Shown here: in pieces, positions 55,709 through 64,000 of the stretch
Layout: each line of letters starts with the position of its first letter
How positions within the stretch are numbered: position 1 is the first letter of the stretch
Source: Alphaproteobacteria bacterium
Lineage (GTDB): Bacteria; Pseudomonadota; Alphaproteobacteria; Rs-D84
Assembly (NCBI GenBank): GCA_015062495.1
Contig: SUUN01000002.1
Span: forward strand, 71,905 to 135,904
Reading direction: 5' to 3'
DNA: 64,000 bases
Made by a program: the position numbers and the translations under genes
The notes under the pieces: generated by a model
Database searches by the model: none
Seen by the model: only the letters and a program-made list of their open reading frames with translations
What the model was told of the DNA's origin: nothing

Positions 55709-56939
55709 AATTGACCAGGTTATTGGTCAAACCACACTGTTGGGTGAAAACGGCCTGGTCCGTCGCATGGTTGACAATAAAAAACTATCTAATTTAATTC
55801 TGTGGGGCCCGCCCGGGTGTGGCAAAACAACAATTGCGCGTGCCCTGGCAAACTCGGTCGACATGGACTTTGTTCCGATGTCCGCGGTATTTTCTGGTAC
55901 GGCAGATATAAAAAAGGCAATGGACACCGCCCGCATGAGCCGCGACATTGGCCGTGGAACATTATTATTTATTGATGAAATTCACCGCTTTAACAAAACG
56001 CAACAGGACACCCTGTTGCCATATCTGGAAGATGGCACAGTCGTATTCATTGGTGCAACAACCGAAAACCCCAGTTTTAATTTAAACAACGCGTTATTGT
56101 CGCGCTGTCATATCGGGGTACTGCAGCCATTATCCACCGAAGATTTATTGACATTAATGACCCGCGCCGAAGAATTTGTTGATAAAAAATTACCACTGGA
56201 AAACAATGCACGAACCCACCTGGCCCAGATGGCGGACGGGGATGCGCGATTTTTGCTGAACACAGTTGAATACCTGTTTAACGCAAATTTTAAAAAGCCA
56301 CTATCACCCGACGCACTGGATAACGCAGTACAAAAACGCGCCCCCCTGTCGGACAAGCATGGTGACGAACACTATAATTTAATATCTGCGGTTCACAAAT
56401 CCCTGCGTGCTAGCGACACTGACGCCGCCCTGTACTGGACGGCGCGCATGATGACATCAGGCCAAGATCCAATGTACATATTTCGTCGCCTGACCCGCTT
56501 TGCGGTCGAAGATATAGGCCTGGCCGACCCGAACGCCCTGCAAATTGCAATTGCCGCATGGTCTGCATACGAAAGATTGGGCAGTCCCGAAGGCGACCTG
56601 GCCCTGACGCAACTTGTCATATATTTAGGAACTGCACCAAAAAGCATTGGCAATTACCGCGCGCAAAAGGCCGCATACGCCGCCGCCCGCGAAACAGGCA
56701 GTCTGATGCCACCAAAAAACATCCTGAACGCGCCAACAAAAATGATGAAGAATTTGGGCTACAACGCGGGCTATATCTATGAACCTGACACCGCAACCGG
56801 TTTTTCCGGTCAGAACTGTTTCCCAGAATCCATGGGGCGCAGAAAATTTTATGAACCGGTCGAACGCGGATTTGAACGCGAAATTAAAAAGCGTCTGGAA
56901 TATTGGGACACTTTGCGCAAAAAACTAAATAACGATTAA
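55671..56939 (+). CDS. rarA: replication-associated recombination protein A (AAA+ ATPase RarA/MgsA)
   Basis: Walker A GPPGCGKTT, Walker B LFIDEIHRFNK, and a MgsA C-terminal domain. 422 aa. Confidence 0.85.
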   Translation: MTRPLADLMRPNTIDQVIGQTTLLGENGLVRRMVDNKKLSNLILWGPPGCGKTTIARALANSVDMDFVPMSAVFSGTADIKKAMDTARMSRDIGRGTLLFIDEIHRFNKTQQDTLLPYLEDGTVVFIGATTENPSFNLNNALLSRCHIGVLQPLSTEDLLTLMTRAEEFVDKKLPLENNARTHLAQMADGDARFLLNTVEYLFNANFKKPLSPDALDNAVQKRAPLSDKHGDEHYNLISAVHKSLRASDTDAALYWTARMMTSGQDPMYIFRRLTRFAVEDIGLADPNALQIAIAAWSAYERLGSPEGDLALTQLVIYLGTAPKSIGNYRAQKAAYAAARETGSLMPPKNILNAPTKMMKNLGYNAGYIYEPDTATGFSGQNCFPESMGRRKFYEPVERGFEREIKKRLEYWDTLRKKLNND

Positions 56940-57901
56940 CGTCCTTTGACCATAATATCGCCAATTTCACGCAGGACAGCACGAACATTTCCCGACACAT
57001 CGGTCTGACGTGGCGCACAACCAACATTTGCACGCTTAATCAGGCCAGTCAATGTACGCCCCGGCCCCAGTTCATATGCCCGCGTTATATTATATGCCGG
57101 AAACGTTTCCATTATATCCAACCAGCGCACACCATGTGTCATCTGATTACACAACGCATCGCGTACATCACACGGGTTTGACATAAACTGGGCAGTTTGA
57201 TTGGAATACCAATTTGTTTTCGGTGCATCAAACTGAATTTTTTCCATACGGGCACGTAATAATTTTTCTGCATTACTCATCAATGCGCAATGTGCTGGCA
57301 CAGAAACATTTAATCGCTTTGCAATTCGCGCCCCACGTTTTTGTGCCGCCGTCACAATCGCATCCAACGCATCATTATGTCCACTGACAACAAATTGATC
57401 ACGTGCATTATGATTTGAAATTTGGGCATATCCAATTCCTGCGGCATCTACCATACACTGTTCGATTATATCTTTGGTCAACCCCACAATAGCTGCCATA
57501 CCACCGGCCCCCGCAACATTTTGCATATATGTTGCACGTGCCGCCAACATATTAACCGCATCGTCCATTTTCATACTGCCCACGCAATGCAACGCGGAAT
57601 ACTGTCCCATAGAATGTCCCGCCATGGCATATCCAATTACCCACAACGGCATACCAAATTCAGTTTCAATCACATTGGCAATTGCAACCGAATGCGCGAA
57701 CGTAGCCAATGATGTATTTTCTGGTTTATTTAATTCAGCCTGCGACCCTTCAAAACATATTTTTGACATATCACGTTTTGAAATATCTGACACCTGTTCA
57801 AATACATGCCACGCCGCAGGAAAATCGCGACACAAATCTGCGCCCATACCAACGTATTGCGCACCTTGACCGGGAAAAACAAAAATTATTTTTTCTGACA
57901 T
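56936..57901 (-). CDS. fabD: malonyl-CoA:ACP transacylase
   Basis: GHSMGQ nucleophile elbow, 321 aa acyltransferase fold. Confidence 0.8.
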   Translation of the reverse strand: MSEKIIFVFPGQGAQYVGMGADLCRDFPAAWHVFEQVSDISKRDMSKICFEGSQAELNKPENTSLATFAHSVAIANVIETEFGMPLWVIGYAMAGHSMGQYSALHCVGSMKMDDAVNMLAARATYMQNVAGAGGMAAIVGLTKDIIEQCMVDAAGIGYAQISNHNARDQFVVSGHNDALDAIVTAAQKRGARIAKRLNVSVPAHCALMSNAEKLLRARMEKIQFDAPKTNWYSNQTAQFMSNPCDVRDALCNQMTHGVRWLDIMETFPAYNITRAYELGPGRTLTGLIKRANVGCAPRQTDVSGNVRAVLREIGDIMVKGR

Positions 57902-57983
57902 ACCATTATAAAATTAACACAAAACACATTATTGTCAAATAAATTAAAATACAAAATCCAACGCCCCTTGCTTGGTAAAAAAT

Positions 57984-58170
57984 AAAAGATAATGGTATAG
58001 ATATGGACAGTACCGTCCCCGCAGTGTACAAACGCTACATAAGGGGACGGCACCGTTCATAGATATGCCATTAGATTTTATTGAAAATAAATTAGAATGT
58101 GCCAGATGCACGTAGTGGGTGTGGCGTAGTGTACAAGTCGCTACATGAGCCACACCCACCGCGTGCAGAT
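57984..58170. repeat. structured intergenic repeat, copies B and C (two tandem conserved-core hairpins)
   Basis: AAAAGATAATGGTATAGATATGG, then hairpin B (58010-58054; core GCAGTGTACAAACGCTACATAAG, stem CCGTCCCC/GGGGACGG), then CATAGATATGCCATTAGATTTTATT, then GAAAATAAATTAGAATG, then hairpin C (58111-58165; core GTAGTGTACAAGTCGCTACATGAG, stem GTGGGTGTGGC/GCCACACCCAC). Abuts the stop of the OMP gene at 58197. Confidence 0.7.
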
Positions 58171-58196
58171 GGACCGTTATAATTTATTTATATTTT

Positions 58197-58934
58197 TTAG
58201 AATAAGATATTTATCTTGAATCCTACCTGTGCATCATCTGACTCAAACTCATAGTCAACATGCCCCACATACTGTGTACGGCCATACTGACGCACCAATT
58301 TCATATGTAACCATTCCTGGTCATAGTCTTTACCGGTTTGAATATCTTTGTGCGTTGCCTTGCGAATGGTCAGACCTGCCCCAATTCGCCAGTCGGGCGC
58401 AATACGGAAATATGATTCTGGTGTAAAATCTAATAATGCCATACCACGTTCATCATCAAACACCCACGTTGACTTAACGGTTGCGGCCAATGTCATACCC
58501 GCCCATTGACGTCCCATACGCAAACCAACATAATATGTTGAATCCGCATAGTCCGGGGTACGGACGCGATGACTGCCCCCGAATTTAAATCCAAACAAAA
58601 CATCTGATATTATATGCGAATCATTATCATCGGCATTACCCATACGATAAACACCACCTAAATCGATGGCGGCAAATCCATCTTCGGGCCCATTAAAGTC
58701 ATGCTGATAACGAACATTTGCGCCAATTGCCAATCGATTATTCATCCCATACGACAACGATTGGCCAACACCCAAAATATGATCCCAGTATGAAATCGAT
58801 GATGTTGATAAAATTTCTTCTATACCCTGTAAAAACAGCGGATCAGACGTATCAGTTGCCAAATCATTCGCACGCGCGAACGACGGTGTGGCCATTATAC
58901 CCAACAAACCCAAAATCGATAAAAATTTACGCAT
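58197..58934 (-). CDS. outer-membrane beta-barrel protein
   Basis: Signal peptide MRKFLSILGLLGIMATPSFA. C-terminal ...GFKINILF. About 245 aa. Confidence 0.55.
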   Translation of the reverse strand: MRKFLSILGLLGIMATPSFARANDLATDTSDPLFLQGIEEILSTSSISYWDHILGVGQSLSYGMNNRLAIGANVRYQHDFNGPEDGFAAIDLGGVYRMGNADDNDSHIISDVLFGFKFGGSHRVRTPDYADSTYYVGLRMGRQWAGMTLAATVKSTWVFDDERGMALLDFTPESYFRIAPDWRIGAGLTIRKATHKDIQTGKDYDQEWLHMKLVRQYGRTQYVGHVDYEFESDDAQVGFKINILF

Positions 58935-59002
58935 AAACTCTCTCCCTGTACCCAATATAAACTTTGCCCCCAGATACCCGGGGGCATATTAATTTAATAA
59001 CC

Positions 59003-60295
59003 CTAGAACTGGAACATTACCTGCAAACCAATTTTTGTTTCGGCATAATTATCCAATTCAACTGTACCAATCTTGGTCAAAGAATCTAAATTAAATTCTG
59101 TACCATCTGGTGCCTGGGCTGTTATACCATTTTCCATCCAGTACAAATCTAAATCCTTGCCATCTGCACTGTCATAGAACGCAACCTTGGCATACAGGTT
59201 CAACGCGAACCAATCATTTGGCTGCCATCCGATTGCCCCTTTGATATTACCCTGGTTGTGCCAATCATAGTCACCAAAGATTGCCTCTACATTCAGTGTC
59301 CAATCTTCATTCAGCACACTAAACACACCCAGTCCACCTTCGACATACATCACACTGCTGTCACCAACCTGGTATGGAATATATGTCATTACCATATTTC
59401 CATTTTCATCTGTGCCTTCGACCCCATTACCATATGAATTACCATCCAGGTCAACATACCAACCGCGCACCAAACCATAGATTGTGGACGAAGAAACCTT
59501 GTACCCACCTTTTAATTCAACCAGGAAATTATTTGCAACATCCTTTTGGTGCTGGAAATGCGCAGATGCCGTTGCAATCCATTCATTTGTATCAACAAAG
59601 CGCCACTGTCCACCAATACCAAACAGATTCAGACCATCATCATCCATTTTATCATCTGGCGAATTATCATCCCATTCAAATTTATATTCATTAATATCAT
59701 ATTGCGCCATAGCCAAAATTGCGATACGGTCTGTGATACCATAACTGAAATCTTCCTTAATGGAAAATCCAGTCATATCCCACTTAGCCCCCAGGCCATT
59801 TAGCACCACCTGATATTCATTTGCTTTTTCATTCCATACCGGCAAAGTCTGATTAATTTTAAAATCATACGAACTGCTGTTATAAGACAAATCTGTATGC
59901 GACCCGAACATTCCACCCAACGGCTGATAGAACGGATGTGCCAAGAAATACTTACGACGCATCTTATTGACAATTTTTTCAGAACGCGTTGTACGCTGTG
60001 TTGTTTTTGTCGCGCGCGCCGACGAAGAATTTGCCCCTTCATACTGTTTGTACAGCGCACTGCGATTTTGTGGTTTTGTATAATACAAATCCCCGGCATC
60101 CTTAGACTCATACGTTTTGGTCAACGTACGCGTCTGATATTTTTCATAGTTAATTTTTTCACGTGTACGTGTGGCCGGCGCACTTGATAAATCCGCACTA
60201 GACCCTGCACGCGTTCCCCAATTTGTGGCTGCATCTGCCGAAACCGCCCCCAATGCCACCAACAAACCAACAAAAACCGATAAAGATTTCTTCAT
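59003..60295 (-). CDS. outer-membrane beta-barrel (porin-like) protein
   Basis: Signal peptide MKKSLSVFVGLLVALGAVSA. Aromatic-rich beta-strands. C-terminal ...GLQVMFQF. About 430 aa. Confidence 0.55.
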   Translation of the reverse strand: MKKSLSVFVGLLVALGAVSADAATNWGTRAGSSADLSSAPATRTREKINYEKYQTRTLTKTYESKDAGDLYYTKPQNRSALYKQYEGANSSSARATKTTQRTTRSEKIVNKMRRKYFLAHPFYQPLGGMFGSHTDLSYNSSSYDFKINQTLPVWNEKANEYQVVLNGLGAKWDMTGFSIKEDFSYGITDRIAILAMAQYDINEYKFEWDDNSPDDKMDDDGLNLFGIGGQWRFVDTNEWIATASAHFQHQKDVANNFLVELKGGYKVSSSTIYGLVRGWYVDLDGNSYGNGVEGTDENGNMVMTYIPYQVGDSSVMYVEGGLGVFSVLNEDWTLNVEAIFGDYDWHNQGNIKGAIGWQPNDWFALNLYAKVAFYDSADGKDLDLYWMENGITAQAPDGTEFNLDSLTKIGTVELDNYAETKIGLQVMFQF

Positions 60296-60351
60296 AACAA
60301 TAACTCCTTTTGTCAAAAATTATAACACAAATCCGCCCCATTACAAAGAAC

Positions 60352-60380
60352 AAAAATCCCCGCAATCACGCGGGGACAAC
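60352..60380. terminator. terminator (minus strand) after rfbB: hairpin TCCCCGC-AATCA-GCGGGGA with a T-tract on the minus strand
   Basis: Minus strand reads AAGTTGTCCCCGCGTGATTGCGGGGATTTTTGTT. Confidence 0.6.
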
Positions 60381-61391
60381 TTACCTGTCCAGATACCATT
60401 TAACCGTCTTGACAATCCCCGTATCAAATGTTTCATTCGCGCGCCACCCCAGTTCCTGTTCCAACTTGGCTGCATCAATTGCATATCTAAAATCATGCCC
60501 CGCGCGATCAGCGACAAATTCAATCTGTGATTCATACTTTTTGCCGTCTGTTCGTGGACGCAATTCATCCAGAATTGAACAGATGGTTTTAACAATCGTA
60601 ATATTATTGCGTTCATTATGCCCACCAACATTGTACGTTTCACCCGCACGCCCATTGTGATAAATCAAATCAATCGCCCGACAATGATCCATCACATACA
60701 GCCAGTCCCGCACATTTTCCCCACGCCCATAAATCGGCAACGGCTTTCCCGCCAGCGCACACGAAATAATATGCGGAATTAATTTTTCATCATGTTGCTT
60801 TGGCCCATAGTTATTTGAACAATTCGATGTTGTTGTATTCAACCCATATGTATGATGATACGCCCGCACCAGGAAATCAGACGATGCCTTGGATGCAGAA
60901 TACGGACTGTTCGGCGCATATGGCGTGTCTTCGCGAAATTCACCTGTTGCCCCCAGCGCACCATAAACTTCATCTGTGGAAATATGATGAAAACGCGCAT
61001 CCGCATACCCTGGCTTAATGCGCCCCGGCGCATCCATCCAATGCCGTCGCGCCGCATCCAGCAAATTAAACGTTCCAATAATATTAGTATTTATAAACGC
61101 GCGCGGGCCCGTGATTGAATTGTCCACATGACTTTCCGCCGCAAAGTGAATCACACCACGCACATCGTTTTCACGGAATAATTTTTCAACCAAATCCGCA
61201 TCACAAATATCCCCCTGAACGAATGAATAGTTCGACATATTTTCGCACGACCGCAGATTTTCTAAATTCCCCGCATATGTCAATTTATCCAGATTGATAA
61301 TTTTATATTCTGGATATTTTTCACAAAAATATGGCACAAAGTTCGAACCGATAAACCCCGCCCCACCTGTAATTAAAATTGTTTTATGCAT
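60381..61391 (-). CDS. rfbB: dTDP-glucose 4,6-dehydratase
   Basis: ILITGGAGFIGSNF Rossmann motif, YxxxK. Start re-picked at MHKTILITGG. Confidence 0.85.
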   Translation of the reverse strand: MHKTILITGGAGFIGSNFVPYFCEKYPEYKIINLDKLTYAGNLENLRSCENMSNYSFVQGDICDADLVEKLFRENDVRGVIHFAAESHVDNSITGPRAFINTNIIGTFNLLDAARRHWMDAPGRIKPGYADARFHHISTDEVYGALGATGEFREDTPYAPNSPYSASKASSDFLVRAYHHTYGLNTTTSNCSNNYGPKQHDEKLIPHIISCALAGKPLPIYGRGENVRDWLYVMDHCRAIDLIYHNGRAGETYNVGGHNERNNITIVKTICSILDELRPRTDGKKYESQIEFVADRAGHDFRYAIDAAKLEQELGWRANETFDTGIVKTVKWYLDR

Positions 61392-62194
61392 TTTTCCAGC
61401 CCCTTTTTCCAATGTTCAATTTCAACACCAAATATACTTTTAATCTTGTCTTTATCCAGCACACTATAAAACGGCCGCACCGCACGCGTTGAATATTGGT
61501 GGGATTTTATCGGATTTACCCGACACCCCAGTCCCGACATTTCCATAATTTCACAGGCGAAATCATACCACGAACACACGCCTTCGTTTGTAAAGTGATA
61601 TATACCGGAATTTTCACGCGTCATCTGTGGAATAATTTTTACAATCGCATCCGCCAAATCCCCCGCATACGTCGGACTGCCAATCTGGTCTGCGACAACA
61701 TTGATTGAATCTTTTTCTGCACCCAATCGCCGCATAGTCTTTACAAAGTTATTCCCATGCGTGCTGTACAGCCACGCCGTACGAATAACAACCACCACAT
61801 CCGTATTTTCCAACGCGGCCAATTCCCCTGCCCGCTTGGTCCGCCCATATACCGACACCGGATTTGTTTCATCATCTGGCGCATATGGACAATGCCCCAT
61901 GCCATCAAAAACATAGTCTGTGGAAACATGAATAATTTTTGCCCCCGTCTGGGCCAGGTTTCGCACCCCATCAACATTGATTTTTGTCGCCAATTCCACA
62001 TCGTCTTCGGCCGCATCTACGGCGGTGTACGCCGCGCAGTTTATGATTACATCAATATTATTTTCGTGCACAAAATTACGCACCGCCACCGCATCTGTGA
62101 TATCCAGCGCATCGCGCCCCACCGCAATTGCATCTGGCAAACGTGCAACTAATTCACGCCCCAATTGCCCATTACAGCCCGTAATCAGTTGCAT
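61373..62194 (-). CDS. rfbD: dTDP-4-dehydrorhamnose reductase
   Basis: 273 aa. RmlD family (MQLITGCNGQLG...). Confidence 0.8.
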   Translation of the reverse strand: MQLITGCNGQLGRELVARLPDAIAVGRDALDITDAVAVRNFVHENNIDVIINCAAYTAVDAAEDDVELATKINVDGVRNLAQTGAKIIHVSTDYVFDGMGHCPYAPDDETNPVSVYGRTKRAGELAALENTDVVVVIRTAWLYSTHGNNFVKTMRRLGAEKDSINVVADQIGSPTYAGDLADAIVKIIPQMTRENSGIYHFTNEGVCSWYDFACEIMEMSGLGCRVNPIKSHQYSTRAVRPFYSVLDKDKIKSIFGVEIEHWKKGLEKCIKQF

Positions 62195-62723
62195 CTTTTA
62201 ATACCCCATGCTTTCTGTCTTTGTCCGACACAATGATTTTGTCCGCCGGTATTTTCCAGTCAATTCCAATATCCGGGTCATCAAACCGCACGCCAAATTC
62301 CGCACCCGGCGCATACAGATTATCACACTTATACGCAAATACCGCCACATCTGACAGCACCGAAAACCCATGTAAAAACCCACGCGGTATAAACAATTGC
62401 CGTTTGTTTTCGGCACTCAGTTCCACCGCCACATGCCGCCCAAATGTCGGCGAACCGGGCCGAATATCGACCGCCACATCCAGAACCACCCCCTGTAACA
62501 CACGCACTAATTTTGCCTGGGCATGCACGCCCGTCTGACAATGCAGACCACGCACAACCCCATACGATGACATGGATTGATTATCCTGGACAAACACATT
62601 TGGAATACCGTTTGCCACAAATTCATCCGCGTTATATGTTTCCATAAAATATCCACGTGCATCCGCAAACACATGCGGTTCAACAATAACAACGCCATCA
62701 ATTTCAGTCTTAATAAATTTCAT
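62172..62723 (-). CDS. rfbC: dTDP-4-dehydrorhamnose 3,5-epimerase
   Basis: RmlC cupin (MKFIKTEIDGVVIVEP...RGLHCQ). Start re-picked at ATG 62723. Confidence 0.8.
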   Translation of the reverse strand: MKFIKTEIDGVVIVEPHVFADARGYFMETYNADEFVANGIPNVFVQDNQSMSSYGVVRGLHCQTGVHAQAKLVRVLQGVVLDVAVDIRPGSPTFGRHVAVELSAENKRQLFIPRGFLHGFSVLSDVAVFAYKCDNLYAPGAEFGVRFDDPDIGIDWKIPADKIIVSDKDRKHGVLKDATDYGL

Positions 62724-63597
62724 GCTTTTCCCTATATACTTTTTCCAGATAATCCCGATATATTCCGGGCCGCAATGCATCTATTAATGCACGCATTTGC
62801 GCATCATCAATAAATCCCTGGGCATACGCGATTTCTTCGATGCACGCAATTTTCAACCCCTGACGCTTTTCAATAATCTGAACAAACTGTCCCGATTCCA
62901 TCAGGCTGTCTGGCGTCCCCGCATCCAACCACGCATTACCCCGTCGCATTGGCACAACCGACATTCGCCCCTGGGACAGATAAATATTATTCAAATCTGT
63001 AATCTCGTATTCGCCACGTGCCGACGGATTCAGCCCACGCGCATATTCCACAACATCACTGGGATAAAAATACAGCCCCACCGACGCATAGTTTGATTTT
63101 GGATTTTTTGGTTTTTCTTCGATTGAAATGGCATTAAAATTTTCATCAAATTCCACCACACCGAATCGTTCTGGGTCGGACACATGATACGCAAAAATCG
63201 TTGCGCATCTGCCTGCATTTTCCCGCGCTATACGCACAAAATCCGGCAATTGTCCCCCCATATAGAATATATTATCCCCCAATATCAAACACACATCATC
63301 CGCGCCGATAAATTCCGCGCCAATGGTGAATGCCTGGGCAATACCGCGCGGCGCATCCTGCACCGCATATTGAATATTCATCCCCAGTTGCGCCCCATCA
63401 TGAAATAATCGTTCAATATTCGGCGTGTCATTTGGCGTTGAAATAATCAACACATCGAGAATTCCAAACTGCATCAACGTTGACAACGGATAATAAATCA
63501 TCGGCTTGTCATATACCGGCAACAACTGTTTAGATATCGTCTGTGTCATTGGATACAGGCGCGACCCACTGCCCCCAGCCAGAATAATTCCCTTCAT
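62710..63597 (-). CDS. rfbA: glucose-1-phosphate thymidylyltransferase
   Basis: MKGIILAGGSGSRLYP nucleotidyltransferase motif. 295 aa. Confidence 0.9.
   Translation of the reverse strand: MKGIILAGGSGSRLYPMTQTISKQLLPVYDKPMIYYPLSTLMQFGILDVLIISTPNDTPNIERLFHDGAQLGMNIQYAVQDAPRGIAQAFTIGAEFIGADDVCLILGDNIFYMGGQLPDFVRIARENAGRCATIFAYHVSDPERFGVVEFDENFNAISIEEKPKNPKSNYASVGLYFYPSDVVEYARGLNPSARGEYEITDLNNIYLSQGRMSVVPMRRGNAWLDAGTPDSLMESGQFVQIIEKRQGLKIACIEEIAYAQGFIDDAQMRALIDALRPGIYRDYLEKVYREKHEIY
63224..63236 (+). repeat. 13-mer CGCGCTATACGCA, site 6 of 6, inside rfbA (minus-strand gene; encodes LPDFVRIARE)
   Basis: Context is TCCCGCGCTATACGCACAAAATCCGGCAAT. Confidence 0.6.
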
Positions 63598-63729
63598 ACA
63601 AATCCCCTTTTGATAAAATCATACGACATAATTCCCGCCCCCGCACCAGGACACTATTCCTTAACCGACAGGTTGACATTTATATTTTTTGTCCTATAAT
63701 TAAAGTAACAACAAACAAAGGGAAACAAA

Positions 63730-64000
63730 TGACAAAGACTCGTACCATCAGTGAAATCTATGATATCGCCACTGCATTTATCACCGACCGCCAAACAACC
63801 GTTGATATATCAAACAGCAACGGCCACCTGATGTACAAATTTACGAAACGCGGCCTGGCCGAATACCCATACACATTGGTTATATCGGCTGAACGCGGCG
63901 CACCGGCCAAAATTCCAAACACTAATCAGACAAACAAAAAACCGGGGCGCGTCTATTTACAGTGCGGAACAATACTGGATGGTGAAACGGGCCCACGCAC
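63730..64000 (+). CDS. hypothetical protein (5' partial at the window edge)
   Basis: Open frame from ATG 63730 (MTKTRTISEIYDIATAFITDRQ...) running off the window. RBS AAAGGGAAACAAATG. Confidence 0.35.

Noticed and set aside
1-64000. CRISPR arrays, transposases, integrases, prophage blocks
   Set aside because: All direct repeats found occur as pairs or triplets with gene-sized or irregular spacing, not as regularly spaced short repeat-spacer arrays. No cas, transposase or integrase-like ORF was recognised. The GH24 lysozyme has no phage gene context.

Overview
This 64 kb window looks like a reduced-genome alphaproteobacterium. The taxonomic hints are a MucR/Ros regulator, a ybeY-lnt arrangement, a PF13467-type RHH protein and an rfbABCD set. 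It carries a housekeeping backbone interleaved with small accessory islets. The accessory content is dominated by signal-peptide, cysteine-rich, EGF-like secreted proteins, several C-terminal-Phe outer-membrane beta-barrels, a lipoprotein secretin with a TcpQ/PilL-like partner and a pilin-like gene, a membrane-anchored GH24 lysozyme-TPR protein, and a four-gene operon of unknowns. The non-coding DNA is unusually structured. The clearest system-level signal is that cysteine-rich secreted protein genes sit behind shared, conserved cis elements: a 28-bp perfect palindrome upstream of both genes of a divergent pair, and a ~100-nt stem / terminator-like hairpin / U-tract leader upstream of two other such genes. 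Other unusual structures: (1) a hairpin family with a conserved 24-nt core and covarying stems, (2) a co-oriented 13-mer (CGCGCTATACGCA) at six sites inside and outside genes, (3) a palindromic 'SLRxNxSLRGNPV' element flanking a GIY-YIG nuclease gene as direct repeats, (4) a tandem partial duplication of tRNA-Phe between gatA and gatB, and (5) near-identical terminator families. Backbone genes: rluC-like, uvrC, pgsA, dnaJ, parE, sufBC, AI-2E transporter, ruvX, gatCAB, miaB, lldD-like, nlpD-like, tatBC, lolA, nrnA, recJ, ftsI/ftsL, sufE-sufT-sufS, trxA, dksA, hlyIII, gltX, trmB, ybeY-lnt fusion, mucR, rarA, fabD, rfbBDCA, tRNA-Phe and tRNA-Lys. No CRISPR array, transposase or integrase gene was seen. 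The ORF track accepts TTG/GTG as starts, so several starts were re-picked at internal ATGs. Coordinates of short motifs are accurate to about +/-2 nt.
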